Assembly (NCBI GenBank): GCA_023145215.1
Contig: JAGLED010000010.1
Location: 13,808-77,807 of the forward strand
Direction of reading: 5' to 3'
Length of the DNA stretch: 64,000 nucleotides
Source: Rhodospirillales bacterium
GTDB lineage: Bacteria; Pseudomonadota; Alphaproteobacteria; Rhodospirillales; Casp-alpha2
Shown: positions 1-9,452 of the stretch, piece after piece
How the letters are laid out: every line of letters begins with the position of its first letter
How positions within the stretch are numbered: position 1 is the first letter of the stretch
Translations under genes and position numbers: made by a program
The notes under the pieces: model-generated
Databases searched by the model: none
Told to the model about the DNA's origin: nothing
The model's input: the letters and a program-made list of their open reading frames with translations, nothing else

Positions 1-87
1 TCCAAAGAGCCTTGGAAAACGCAGTTCGAAATATCCACGCAGATGTTCGAGGAAGCCGGCGTCAGCGTCGACCTGCTTGATCTCTGA
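1..87 (+). CDS. 3' end of a gene entering from the left, probably dCMP deaminase family (partial)
   Basis: Frame 1 reads SKEPWKTQFEISTQMFEEAGVSVDLLDL*. The W..F..S..MF.EAGV.V ending resembles the C-terminus of dCMP deaminases. Only 28 codons are visible. Confidence 0.5.
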   Translation, partial: SKEPWKTQFEISTQMFEEAGVSVDLLDL

Positions 88-192
88 GTACCAGTAATAT
101 TGGACTCACACCGGCCGTGTGCTAATCAAAACACGGTTGCCGGTCATGTCCGGGCGGCACCTAACAGGAAATAACTGAATTCGGAGGAAACC

Positions 193-1215
193 GTGTCCTA
201 CCGCGAGACACTGAAGCATTTCATCATGCGTCAACAGACGCAGGTCACGGGCGCGACCGGTGAATTCACGCTGCTCTTGGACGACGTGTCGTCGGCCTGC
301 AAAGGGGTCGCCAATCTGGTCCGCCGTGGCGATCTTTCCGGGGAGCTAGGCGCTGCAGTGGGTGTCAACGTACAGGACGAAAACCAGAAAAAACTCGACG
401 TCATGGCCAACGAGCTGGCGCTGAGCTGGTGCGAAAAGGGCGGGCAGCTTTTCGCCATGGCATCCGAAGAAATGGTCGATGTCTATCCGGTTCCCAAGGG
501 CCTCAAACGCGGTAAATACCTGCTGATTTTCGATCCTCTCGACGGGTCGTCGAATATCGAAGTCAACGGCCCGATGGGGACGATTTTCTCGATCCTCGCC
601 ATGCCGGAAGACGGGAACGGCAACCTGGAAGAAAATTTCCTGCAACCGGGTACTCAGCAACTCTGTGCCGGGTACGTGCTGTTCGGCCCGGCGACGATGA
701 TGGTGCTGACGACCGGTAACGGGGTCAACGGCTTCACGCTCAACCCGGATATCGGCGAATTCGTGCTGACCCACCCCGATATCAAGATTCCCGACGACAC
801 TCAGGAGTTCGCGATCAACGCGTCCAACCGTCGCCATTGGGAACCGCCCGTACAGCGTTATATCGATGAATGCCTTGAGGGAAAGACCGGGCCGCGCGGC
901 AAGGATTTCAACATGCGTTGGGTGGCGGCGATGGTCGCCGATGTGCATCGCATCATCACCCGGGGCGGGCTTTTCATGTATCCGATCGACGAGAAGATTC
1001 GTGATAAGGGCGGTCGTCTGCGCCTGCTTTACGAAGCCAACCCCATGTCCTTTATCATCGAACAGGCGGGCGGGATGGCCTCGACAGGGCGAGAGCGTAT
1101 CCTCGATGTGCAGCCGACAGGCCTGCATCAGCGTGTGCCGGTGATCATCGGCGCCAAGAACGAAGTGCAGCGTCTGGTCGACTACCACGCGGAATACGAC
1201 AAGAACGCCGGCTGA
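193..1215 (+). CDS. fbp: class 1 fructose-1,6-bisphosphatase
   Basis: Motifs QKKLDV, SEE, FDPLDGSSN and GRLRLLYEANP; GGAGG RBS upstream of a GTG start. Confidence 0.96.
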   Translation: MSYRETLKHFIMRQQTQVTGATGEFTLLLDDVSSACKGVANLVRRGDLSGELGAAVGVNVQDENQKKLDVMANELALSWCEKGGQLFAMASEEMVDVYPVPKGLKRGKYLLIFDPLDGSSNIEVNGPMGTIFSILAMPEDGNGNLEENFLQPGTQQLCAGYVLFGPATMMVLTTGNGVNGFTLNPDIGEFVLTHPDIKIPDDTQEFAINASNRRHWEPPVQRYIDECLEGKTGPRGKDFNMRWVAAMVADVHRIITRGGLFMYPIDEKIRDKGGRLRLLYEANPMSFIIEQAGGMASTGRERILDVQPTGLHQRVPVIIGAKNEVQRLVDYHAEYDKNAG

Positions 1216-1383
1216 TGCAACGAGCGGTCGAAGATTTTTTGCAAGCGTTTGGGCGGCGAAGCCCGCGACGGATTGCCTGACGACGGTAACGACGCCATCG
1301 CTTTATCGCGGCCCCGGAAGACTTTAAAGTACAGCCTCGTTACCAAGGAAACACCCGAGTCATAAAAACAGCGGAAACGCGCC

Positions 1384-2493
1384 ATGACGTTACCTTTCAC
1401 CGATCTTGTCCGGTCCTTGCCGGAATCCGTCCCGTTCGTCGGCCCCGAAACGCATGAACGCCAGCGCGGTGCCCCGTTCAAGGCGCGCATCGGCGCCAAT
1501 GAATCGGTATTTGGGCCGTCCCCTAAAACGGTCGAGGCGATGTGCGCTGCTGCCCAAGATGCCTGGAAGTACTGCGATGCGGAGAACTACGAGCTCAAGC
1601 AGGCCCTCGCCAAACATCACGGTGTAACTGCCGAGAACATCATTATCGGCGAAGGGATCGACGGCCTGCTGGGATTGACGGTTCGGCTGTTCGTCGATCC
1701 GGGCGATGCGGTGATTACCTCGGCCGGCGCCTATCCGACGTTCAACTATCACGTCGACGGGCACGGGGGCGTTCTGCACAAGGTGCCATACAAGGACGAC
1801 CGGGAAGATCCCGAAGCCCTGCTGGCGGCGGCAAATGAACACCGCGCCAAGCTGATTTACATCTCCAACCCCGACAACCCGATGGGTACGGCGCACGCCG
1901 ACGCGGTCATTCAGGACATGATGGAGCGCACACCCGCCGATGCTGTCCTGTGCCTGGACGAGGCATACTTCGAATTCGCCGATCCGGCTGTCTCGCCGCC
2001 GCTAGATACCTCGGTTTCGAACGTGATCCGCTATCGGACATTTTCAAAGGCCTACGGTATGGCGGGCGCGCGCATTGGATACGCCATCGGTGCGCCGGAA
2101 ATGATCAAGGCGTTCGACAAGGTTCGGAATCATTTCGGGGTCAACAAGATCGCCCAGGCCGGTGCGCTTGCGGCGCTTGAAGACAAGGCGTTTCTGTCTG
2201 AGGTGCAATCCAGCGTGCGCAGGGCACGGGAGCGGATCAAGGAGATCGCGGCCGAGAACGGCTTAAAGGTTATCCCATCGGAAACGAACTTCGTCGCCGT
2301 CGATTGTGGCCGGGACGGGGATTACGCCCGGAAGGTGCTGAGCTTGCTCGTCGAGCGGGGAATCTTCGTCCGCATGCCAGGTGTCGCGCCCATGGACCGC
2401 TGCATCCGTGTTTCCGCCGGGACGGACGAAGACCTCGACGCCTTTGCGAAGGAACTTCCGGGGGCCCTGAAGGACGCAGCGGCGTCAGATTGA
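1384..2493 (+). CDS. PLP-dependent aminotransferase, HisC-like (class I/II)
   Basis: Motifs GANES, NPDNPMG, DEAYFEF and RTFSKAYGMAGARIGY (PLP lysine). Confidence 0.9.
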   Translation: MTLPFTDLVRSLPESVPFVGPETHERQRGAPFKARIGANESVFGPSPKTVEAMCAAAQDAWKYCDAENYELKQALAKHHGVTAENIIIGEGIDGLLGLTVRLFVDPGDAVITSAGAYPTFNYHVDGHGGVLHKVPYKDDREDPEALLAAANEHRAKLIYISNPDNPMGTAHADAVIQDMMERTPADAVLCLDEAYFEFADPAVSPPLDTSVSNVIRYRTFSKAYGMAGARIGYAIGAPEMIKAFDKVRNHFGVNKIAQAGALAALEDKAFLSEVQSSVRRARERIKEIAAENGLKVIPSETNFVAVDCGRDGDYARKVLSLLVERGIFVRMPGVAPMDRCIRVSAGTDEDLDAFAKELPGALKDAAASD

Positions 2494-2502
2494 AAACGAT
2501 CG

Positions 2503-3192
2503 TCAGGCACAGTGCGCGCGGAGCCGTTTGACGTCGCTTACGATCACCTTGTCACGCTCAACGCGAACGCCGAACGAACGAAGTTTCTGAAAATTGCGGG
2601 ACAGTGTTTCGGGTTTCATGCCGAGACGATTTGCGATCAGCGACTTCTCATAGGGGAGCTGCAACGTGCATCCGCTATCGGCCTCGTGACATAGCATCAG
2701 AAGAAAACGCGCAAGTCGCTGCTCGCTGCTGCGGTTCTGCAACTGCTCGACCTCACGGGTCAAACGGTGCAAGTGCATCGATAGCGATGCGAACATGCCG
2801 CGGCACCAAGCAGGATTACTGAGGAACTTATCGGCGAAATAGTCTCGTTCGAATTCGAACAACCGGCACGGTGCGATGATTTCGGCCGTCGCCGGGTATA
2901 CGCCAGCCATGAACAGGGTCGCCTCGGCGAAGGTCTCACCCTGGGCGAAAATACCGATGACAGCCTCTGTTCCGTCGGCGCGGGGATTGAAGAGTTTCAC
3001 CCATCCAGAGATCACCCCATAAAAGACCTCAGCCTCGTCCCCTCGCTCAAAAAGGACTTCGCCTCTCTCGGCCACACGTACCTTAGCATGACGTGCGACA
3101 TCCTTGAGGTCCGCATCGTCAGTGCCGCCGAAGAGGCGCATCCGCGCCAACATCGCCTTATCATGTTCGGTTGGTTTTTGTAGCCGCACCAC
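2503..3192 (-). CDS. Crp/Fnr-family transcriptional regulator (Dnr/NnrR-like, no N-terminal Fe-S Cys cluster)
   Basis: cNMP-like sensing domain (LFERGD...GETFAE) and a C-terminal HTH with PETLSR; divergent from nap. Confidence 0.9.
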   Translation of the reverse strand: MVRLQKPTEHDKAMLARMRLFGGTDDADLKDVARHAKVRVAERGEVLFERGDEAEVFYGVISGWVKLFNPRADGTEAVIGIFAQGETFAEATLFMAGVYPATAEIIAPCRLFEFERDYFADKFLSNPAWCRGMFASLSMHLHRLTREVEQLQNRSSEQRLARFLLMLCHEADSGCTLQLPYEKSLIANRLGMKPETLSRNFQKLRSFGVRVERDKVIVSDVKRLRAHCA

Positions 3193-3234
3193 GTTCTATC
3201 AGCCTTTACCATCATTACGGGAAACGTCGCCCGC

Positions 3235-3248
3235 TTGACTTTGGTCAA
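3235..3248. promoter_or_regulatory. FNR-type operator palindrome TTGAC-TTTG-GTCAA
   Basis: Matches the FNR/DNR consensus TTGAT-N4-ATCAA with symmetric substitutions; lies between the Crp/Fnr gene and napE. Confidence 0.75.
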
Positions 3249-3330
3249 GGACACTCAAACGCGACTTTGATACCGATTCAAGCAGGAGTTTCGTGACGCT
3301 TAAATTTCGACGTTTCGGCAAGGGAACAAA

Positions 3331-3522
3331 ATGGAGTCAAGCACACAGAATGGCGGCCCGGGCGGGTCCGTTTCTGAACCAACCCGAGCGCGTGAACTCG
3401 CAACGTTCTTGGTTGCGACATTTGTCATTATCCCGGGATTGGCCGTCGCCTTCGTCGGCGGATACGGCTTTGTCGTCTGGGCGTTTCAGATGATTTTCGG
3501 ACCGCCGGGGCCTCCGGGCTGA
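3331..3522 (+). CDS. napE: periplasmic nitrate reductase NapE protein
   Basis: 63-aa single-TM protein ending in VGGYGF.VW.FQM.FGPPGPP, the NapE signature. Confidence 0.93.
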   Translation: MESSTQNGGPGGSVSEPTRARELATFLVATFVIIPGLAVAFVGGYGFVVWAFQMIFGPPGPPG

Positions 3523-3526
3523 TCGG

Positions 3527-4066
3527 GTGAAATCGATGACCGCGACCGCCAGGAACCAGATCGACAAAAGCAGGCGGGGGTTTCTTTCAGGTAAAGGCGT
3601 GGCGTATGCCGCACCGATACGCCCCCCTTGGACGGACGAATATCGGATCGCCGAATCCTGCACGCGCTGCGAAGCGTGCGTACAGGCTTGCCCTGAAGGC
3701 GTCCTGACGCAGGGGCAGGGTGGCTTCCCGGCATTCGACCCGTCACTCGGCAGCGGGGTGTGTACGTTCTGCGGCCTGTGTGCCGGCGCGTGCGATGAAA
3801 GCGTATTCGATCTGACGCGAACCCCGCCATGGACACTCAAGATAACAATCGAAACCAGCACCTGTCTTGCCCACGCGGGTATCCATTGTTCGTCCTGCAA
3901 GGACGCCTGTGACGACGGTGCGGTCGATATGCTGCTGCGCATCGGTGGCCCGCCAAAACCGGAAATCCTAACCGAAAAATGCACTGGATGCGGTGCCTGC
4001 GTCGGCACCTGTCCCGGCGGCGCGATCAATCTGAACAATGAAGAATCTTTGGGAGACGTCGCATGA
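3527..4066 (+). CDS. napF: ferredoxin-type protein NapF
   Basis: SRRGFL, IRPPW and four CxxCxxC-type Fe-S motifs. Confidence 0.93.
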   Translation: MKSMTATARNQIDKSRRGFLSGKGVAYAAPIRPPWTDEYRIAESCTRCEACVQACPEGVLTQGQGGFPAFDPSLGSGVCTFCGLCAGACDESVFDLTRTPPWTLKITIETSTCLAHAGIHCSSCKDACDDGAVDMLLRIGGPPKPEILTEKCTGCGACVGTCPGGAINLNNEESLGDVA

Positions 4067-4356
4067 ATGGGAGCCTTCACATCTCCAGTCTCGTAATCCA
4101 GGCGCGCCCGGAACGGTTGGCGGAGGTTCGCGAGGCTATCGCCGCTCGCGGGGCCGAAATTCCCGCGTCGGACCCGGATGGCAAGTTGGTCGTCGTCCTC
4201 GAGACCAACAGCGAAAGAAAAATCACGGATTTTCTCAACGAGGTCTCGGTGATGCCCGGCGTCCTCAGTGCAAATCTGGTTTTCCATCACAACGATGAAC
4301 ATGACACGGCGCCGTTCGATGAAGCGGCGCCAGTATCCCTCGGAGGCAACACATGA
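4063..4356 (+). CDS. napD: NapA chaperone NapD
   Basis: HISSLVI...GKLVVVLE...[10 protein letters not shown]; directly upstream of napA with a 4-nt overlap. Confidence 0.93.
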   Translation: MNGSLHISSLVIQARPERLAEVREAIAARGAEIPASDPDGKLVVVLETNSERKITDFLNEVSVMPGVLSANLVFHHNDEHDTAPFDEAAPVSLGGNT

Positions 4357-6857
4357 ACGAGATCAAACTGAATCGCCGGCAGGTCCTCAAGGCGCAGGCG
4401 GCAGCCGTTGCGGCTGCGGCAGCGGGAATTCCGCTGGCTGCGGGCGCGCAGAACCTGGTGACCGATAAATCCAAGACGGATCTAAAGTGGTCGAAGGCAG
4501 CCTGCCGCTTCTGTGGGACCGGTTGCTCGGTCATGGTTGCGACCAAAGCGGGGCGCGTCGTCGCCACGCACGGCGATGTGAAGGCTGAGGTCAATCGCGG
4601 CCTCAACTGCGTGAAGGGGTATTTCCTCTCGAAGATCATGTACGGCAACGACCGGCTGACGCAGCCGCTGCTTCGCAAGCGCGGCGGCAAGTACGCCAAG
4701 GACGGCGAGTTCACGCCGGTTAGCTGGGACGAAGCATTCGACGTGATGGCCGAAAAGTTCAAGAAGGCGCTTCGTGAGAAGGGCCCGACTGCCGTCGGCA
4801 TGTTCGGGTCCGGTCAGTGGACCGTTTGGGAAGGATACGCGGCTTCAAAGCTCTACAAGGCCGGATTCCGCTCCAACAATATCGATCCGAACGCGCGCCA
4901 CTGCATGGCCTCTGCCGTCGGTGGCTTCATTCGTACGTTCGGCATCGACGAGCCGATGGGGTGTTACGACGACTTCGAAAATGCCGATGCGTTCTTCCTG
5001 TGGGGATCGAATATGGCCGAGATGCATCCGATCCTGTGGACGCGTCTGACCGACCGCCGGCTGTCGAACCCGCACGTTAAGGTCGGCGTACTCTCCACCT
5101 TCGAGAACCGTTGCTTCGAGTTGGCCGACATCCCGATGGTGTTCGAGCCGCACACGGATCAGGTGATCCTCAACTTCATTGCCAATTACATTATCCAGAA
5201 CGATAAGGTGAATCGGGATTTTGTCGACAAGCACACGAACTTCCGGCGTGGCAATCCGGATATCGGTTACGGGCTGCGCCCCGAACACCCGCTTGAACAA
5301 GCCGCCAAGAACAACGACAAGGTCGGCGGTTCCAAACCGATGACATTCGACGAATTCGCCACCTTCGTCGCCGATTACACCCTCGAAAAAACCCACGAGA
5401 TGTCGGGCGTTCCGAAGGACAAGCTCCTGGAGATGGCGGAACTCTATGCCGATCCCAACGTCAAGGTGATGTCGCTCTGGACCATGGGCGTCAATCAGCA
5501 CACCCGCGGTGTCTGGGTGAATAATCTGCTCTATAACGTGCACCTTCTGACCGGGAAGATCTCGGAACCGGGCAACAGCCCGTTCTCGCTGACGGGGCAG
5601 CCGTCGGCTTGCGGCACGGCACGCGAGGTCGGCACCTTCGCACACCGGTTGCCGGCCGATCTCGTGGTGGCCAACCCGGAACACCGCGCATTTGCCGAAA
5701 AAATATGGAAGCTCCCGGACGGAACGATCCCGCCAAAACCCGGCTATCACGCGGTGCTCCAGAACCGGATGCTGAAAGACGGCAAGCTGAATGCATATTG
5801 GGTGCAGGTGAACAACAACATGCAGGCGGCCCCCAACATGATGGAGGAGACGCTGCCGGGCTACCGCAATCCGGACAACTTCATCGTCGTATCCGATGCC
5901 TATCCGACGGTGACGGCGCAGGCTGCCGATCTGATCCTGCCGACCGCCATGTGGGTTGAAAAGGAAGGCGCTTATGGCAATGCCGAACGCCGCACCCAGT
6001 TCTGGCACCAGTTGATCGAGGCGCCCGGCGAATCCAAATCCGACTTGTGGCAGGTGATGGAGTTCTCGAAACGCTTCAAGGTCGAAGAGGTGTGGCCGGC
6101 GGAGCTGATCGCCAAGAAGCCTGAATACGCCGGCAAGACTCTCTATGACGTCCTTTTCCGAAACGGCCAGGTCGACAAGTTCCCGCTCAGCGACATGGAC
6201 AAAGAATATGGAAACCACGAGTCCGAGGACTTCGGGTTCTATGTCCAGAAAGGTCTGTTCGAGGAATATGCGACGTTCGGCCGCGGACACGGTCATGACC
6301 TCGCCGACTTCGACGTCTATCACCGTGAGCGCGGTCTGCGTTGGCCCGTCGTGGACGGCAAGGAAACGCGTTGGCGCTTCCGTGAGGGGTACGATCCCTA
6401 TGTCGAGAAAGGGAAGGGCGTTCAGTTCTACGGCAAGAAGGACGGCCGCGCCGTGATCTTCGCGCTGCCGTACGAGCCGCCGGCCGAAAGTCCGGACGAG
6501 GATTATCCGTTCTGGCTGTCGACGGGGCGTGTGCTGGAGCACTGGCATTCAGGTTCGATGACGCAACGCGTCCCCGAACTCTACAAGGCGGTGCCGGATG
6601 CGCTTTGTTACATGCATCCCGACGACGCCAATGAGTTGGGTCTCAGGCGCGGTGACGAGATACGGATCAAATCCCGCCGCGGTGAAATTCAGACGCGTGT
6701 CGAAACGCGCGGCCGCAACAAACCGCCCCGCGGGCTCGTCTTCGTGCCCTGGTTCGACGCCAGCCAACTCATCAACAAGGTGACGCTCGACGCCACCGAT
6801 CCAATTTCGAAACAGACGGATTTCAAGAAATGCGCCGTCAAGATCGAACGCGTTTAA
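4353..6857 (+). CDS. napA: periplasmic nitrate reductase catalytic subunit
   Basis: Tat signal [15 protein letters not shown] 4Fe-4S motif, NARHCMAS Mo ligand and C-terminal TDFKKCAVK. Confidence 0.98.
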   Translation: MNEIKLNRRQVLKAQAAAVAAAAAGIPLAAGAQNLVTDKSKTDLKWSKAACRFCGTGCSVMVATKAGRVVATHGDVKAEVNRGLNCVKGYFLSKIMYGNDRLTQPLLRKRGGKYAKDGEFTPVSWDEAFDVMAEKFKKALREKGPTAVGMFGSGQWTVWEGYAASKLYKAGFRSNNIDPNARHCMASAVGGFIRTFGIDEPMGCYDDFENADAFFLWGSNMAEMHPILWTRLTDRRLSNPHVKVGVLSTFENRCFELADIPMVFEPHTDQVILNFIANYIIQNDKVNRDFVDKHTNFRRGNPDIGYGLRPEHPLEQAAKNNDKVGGSKPMTFDEFATFVADYTLEKTHEMSGVPKDKLLEMAELYADPNVKVMSLWTMGVNQHTRGVWVNNLLYNVHLLTGKISEPGNSPFSLTGQPSACGTAREVGTFAHRLPADLVVANPEHRAFAEKIWKLPDGTIPPKPGYHAVLQNRMLKDGKLNAYWVQVNNNMQAAPNMMEETLPGYRNPDNFIVVSDAYPTVTAQAADLILPTAMWVEKEGAYGNAERRTQFWHQLIEAPGESKSDLWQVMEFSKRFKVEEVWPAELIAKKPEYAGKTLYDVLFRNGQVDKFPLSDMDKEYGNHESEDFGFYVQKGLFEEYATFGRGHGHDLADFDVYHRERGLRWPVVDGKETRWRFREGYDPYVEKGKGVQFYGKKDGRAVIFALPYEPPAESPDEDYPFWLSTGRVLEHWHSGSMTQRVPELYKAVPDALCYMHPDDANELGLRRGDEIRIKSRRGEIQTRVETRGRNKPPRGLVFVPWFDASQLINKVTLDATDPISKQTDFKKCAVKIERV

Positions 6858-6879
6858 CCGGCAGCCAGGAGAAAAAGCC

Positions 6880-7377
6880 ATGAAACCTCAAAAAGTCTTC
6901 ACGCTTCTCGCCGCCGCCATGCTGGTTGCCGGCGCACTGACAAGCCCGTTGACGGCGCCCAACGCACAGGACGTCGGCCCGTCGATCGCGACGTTAAGGG
7001 GAGCGGCGCCCCTCGACCGGACAAACTCCGCGCCCCGCATTCCACAAACCGAAGAAACTGACCGCCGCCGGGCCCGAAACTATCCGGAGCAGCCGCCGAC
7101 CATTCCGCACAAGATCGACGGTTACCAGCTCGACAAGAACGGCAATCAGTGCCTGTCCTGCCATGCCCGAACCCGTGTGGCAGAAAGCGGCGCGCCGATG
7201 ATCAGCGTGACCCATTTCATGGATCGGGACGGACAGGCGTTAGCCGCCGTGTCGCCACGCCGTTACTTCTGCAATCAATGTCACGTGGTGCAGGCGCGAA
7301 CGCCGGACGCAGTGCCGAACACTTTTGTCGACATCGACAGCCTACTGGCCGTCGAACACAAACCCGGCGCCAACTGA
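6880..7377 (+). CDS. napB: diheme cytochrome c NapB
   Basis: Signal peptide, [12 protein letters not shown], two CxxCH motifs (CLSCH, CNQCH) and SPRRYFC. Confidence 0.96.
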   Translation: MKPQKVFTLLAAAMLVAGALTSPLTAPNAQDVGPSIATLRGAAPLDRTNSAPRIPQTEETDRRRARNYPEQPPTIPHKIDGYQLDKNGNQCLSCHARTRVAESGAPMISVTHFMDRDGQALAAVSPRRYFCNQCHVVQARTPDAVPNTFVDIDSLLAVEHKPGAN

Positions 7378-7387
7378 GGGGGCAGGG

Positions 7388-7987
7388 ATGTCGAAATTAT
7401 TCAACCTGATTAAGGGGTACTGGGGCACACTGTCCCGGCCCGCCGTTCACCTCAGTCTCGGTTTTCTGAGTATCGGCGGATTCGTGGCCGGGGTGATCTT
7501 CTGGGGTGGGTTCAACACGGCGCTTGAGTTCACCAACACAGAGAAATTCTGCATCAGTTGCCACGAAATGCGCGACAACGTCTATCAGGAGCTCAGGACC
7601 ACCGTACACTTCACCAACCAGTCCGGCGTCCGTGCGACATGTCCGGATTGCCACGTGCCGCATGACTGGACCGACAAGATCGCCCGCAAGATGCAGGCGT
7701 CCAAAGAGGTCTGGGGCACGATCTTTGGGACCATCAACACCCGCGACAAGTTTCTGGAGAAGCGCCTTGAGTTGGCCAAGCACGAATGGTCACGGCTCAA
7801 GTCCAACGACTCGCTTGAATGCCGGAACTGCCATAGCTCGGAATCGATGGACTTTTCCTTGCAAAGCCCACGCGCCGCTGAAGCGCACAAGACCTTTCTT
7901 GTTACAGGTCAGAAGACCTGTATCGACTGCCACAAGGGTATAGCGCATGAGTTGCCGAATATGGCCGGGGTGGAAGGCTGGAACTGA
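7388..7987 (+). CDS. napC: tetraheme cytochrome c NapC
   Basis: TM anchor FWGGFNT and four CxxCH motifs; start moved to ATG 7388 (MSKLF), just after the napB stop. Confidence 0.96.
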   Translation: MSKLFNLIKGYWGTLSRPAVHLSLGFLSIGGFVAGVIFWGGFNTALEFTNTEKFCISCHEMRDNVYQELRTTVHFTNQSGVRATCPDCHVPHDWTDKIARKMQASKEVWGTIFGTINTRDKFLEKRLELAKHEWSRLKSNDSLECRNCHSSESMDFSLQSPRAAEAHKTFLVTGQKTCIDCHKGIAHELPNMAGVEGWN

Positions 7988-7994
7988 GCCAGAC

Positions 7995-8023
7995 AAAAGC
8001 CCGCCAAAAGGCGGGCTTTTTGT
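7995..8023. terminator. bidirectional rho-independent terminator
   Basis: AAAAGCCCGCC-AAAA-GGCGGGCTTTT hairpin between convergent napC and tRNA-Glu. Confidence 0.88.
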
Positions 8024-8034
8024 TCGAGAATAGT

Positions 8035-8110
8035 TGGCGTCCCCTACGGGACTCGAACCCGTGTTTCCGCCGTGAAAGGGCGGCGTCCTAGACCGCTAGA
8101 CGAAGGGGAC
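8035..8110 (-). tRNA. tRNA-Glu (anticodon TTC)
   Basis: Reverse complement GTCCCCTTCGTCTAGCGG...CT-TTC-AC...GGTTCGAGTCCCGTAGGGGACGCCA folds as a cloverleaf with encoded CCA. Confidence 0.97.
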
Positions 8111-8234
8111 GCGGCGGCGATGTTCGTACTCACTCACAGGGTGGAAATCAAGCCTGAAACGCAGAGAATGCCATATATTTTAAAAAAAAATCCGTGGACG
8201 GCGCTGATGGCGCGATTCCGCCAGTCGGCTGCGA

Positions 8235-8540
8235 TCAGCTTTCGTCGCGGACCTGCTTGATCAGCGCATCCAGACCCGATTCCACCTGCTTCGGCGTCGC
8301 GTGTTTCTCCAGGTAATAGGCGTAGATTTGCAGGAACTCTTCCGCAAAGTGTGTGGGATCGACCTCATCGGGGGTTTCCGAGTTGGCGACCGCGAAGGCG
8401 GTGAAGTTGGCGGCGGCATGGCGCATGCCGGCGGCGATGTCGATCGGGTCCATCCCCTCCTGCAGGCGGTTGTTCGCCGTGTTGATGATCTGGTTGGCAA
8501 GCTGAATGCTCAGCGTATGACGGTCTTCTTCTTCACTCAT
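8235..8540 (-). CDS. DUF3144-like small protein
   Basis: LANQIINTAN...IAAGMRHAAANFTAF resembles DUF3144; GAGG RBS; follows the response regulator on the same strand. Confidence 0.65.
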   Translation of the reverse strand: MSEEEDRHTLSIQLANQIINTANNRLQEGMDPIDIAAGMRHAAANFTAFAVANSETPDEVDPTHFAEEFLQIYAYYLEKHATPKQVESGLDALIKQVRDES

Positions 8541-8568
8541 GTCGATTGGCCTCGTTGCCGTGGCGGGA

Positions 8569-9297
8569 TCAGTCCGCTCTTTTGATGGCGGCGGCGAACA
8601 TGTAACCGGTGCCGCGCACGGTCTTTATGATTTCGGGATGACGGGAATCGGCCTCGACCTTGCGGCGGAGCCGCGTGACGAGCACGTCGATGGAGCGGTC
8701 GAAAGGCTCCCAGTCGCGGCTGTAAATCGCGCTCAGGAGGTGATCGCGGGACAGCACGCGGCCGGCCTTTTCGATGAATTCGTTGAGCAGGCTGAACTCG
8801 CCCGACGTCAATTCCACTTTCTTGCCGTCGGGGTCCTTAAGTTCCCGGCTGTCGAGATTCAGCAGCCAACCGCTGAACGTCACGACGCGCTGTTCGCTGT
8901 CGCTGGCCTTGGCGGCGCCTTTGCGTTCGTTGACTCGGCGCATCACGCTGCGAATACGGGCCAGAAGCTCGCGCTCATCCCACGGCTTGGTGACGTAGTC
9001 GTCGGCCCCGATTTCCAGGCCAACGACCCGGTCGATGGCGTCGTCCTTGCTGGTCAGGATGATGATCCCGACCGAATACTTATCACGAAGTTGTTTCGTA
9101 AGATCGAAACCATCGTCATTCGGCAGTTTCAGATCCATGATCGCCAGGTCGGCCGGATCCTTGGCCATCAGCGCGTGCATGTCGGCGCCGTTGTCGCACG
9201 TCGTGATCCGATAGCCTTCGCCCTCCAGATAAAGGCGGAGCGCCTTCTGGACGAATGCATCGTCTTCGACAACGAGGATGTGCGCAGATTCGGCCAT
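8569..9297 (-). CDS. OmpR-family two-component response regulator (TorR/ArcA-like)
   Basis: REC domain (VEDD, MDLKLP, GADDYVTKP) plus winged helix (LSRDHLL, DRSIDVLVTRLRRK, TVRGTGY). Confidence 0.93.
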   Translation of the reverse strand: MAESAHILVVEDDAFVQKALRLYLEGEGYRITTCDNGADMHALMAKDPADLAIMDLKLPNDDGFDLTKQLRDKYSVGIIILTSKDDAIDRVVGLEIGADDYVTKPWDERELLARIRSVMRRVNERKGAAKASDSEQRVVTFSGWLLNLDSRELKDPDGKKVELTSGEFSLLNEFIEKAGRVLSRDHLLSAIYSRDWEPFDRSIDVLVTRLRRKVEADSRHPEIIKTVRGTGYMFAAAIKRAD

Positions 9298-9452
9298 GCT
9301 AGGGTGTTCGTCTTATAATCTATCGCTTGGTAAAAAGGGACTATCGCGCGTCAGCCATGACCCGGTTAGACTACGCGAGATGACTGGCTAACCGCAACTC
9401 ATTGCGAGAGAATTTGGCAACTCTCCCGGGGTGGTACAGCAAGAGGATCCGC

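Noticed and set aside
4845-6548. 567-aa antisense ORF within napA, and similar long shadow ORFs (28475-29719, 48242-49525, 59940-61373)
   Set aside because: They lie opposite clearly conserved genes, show no motifs, and are expected from GC-rich codon bias.
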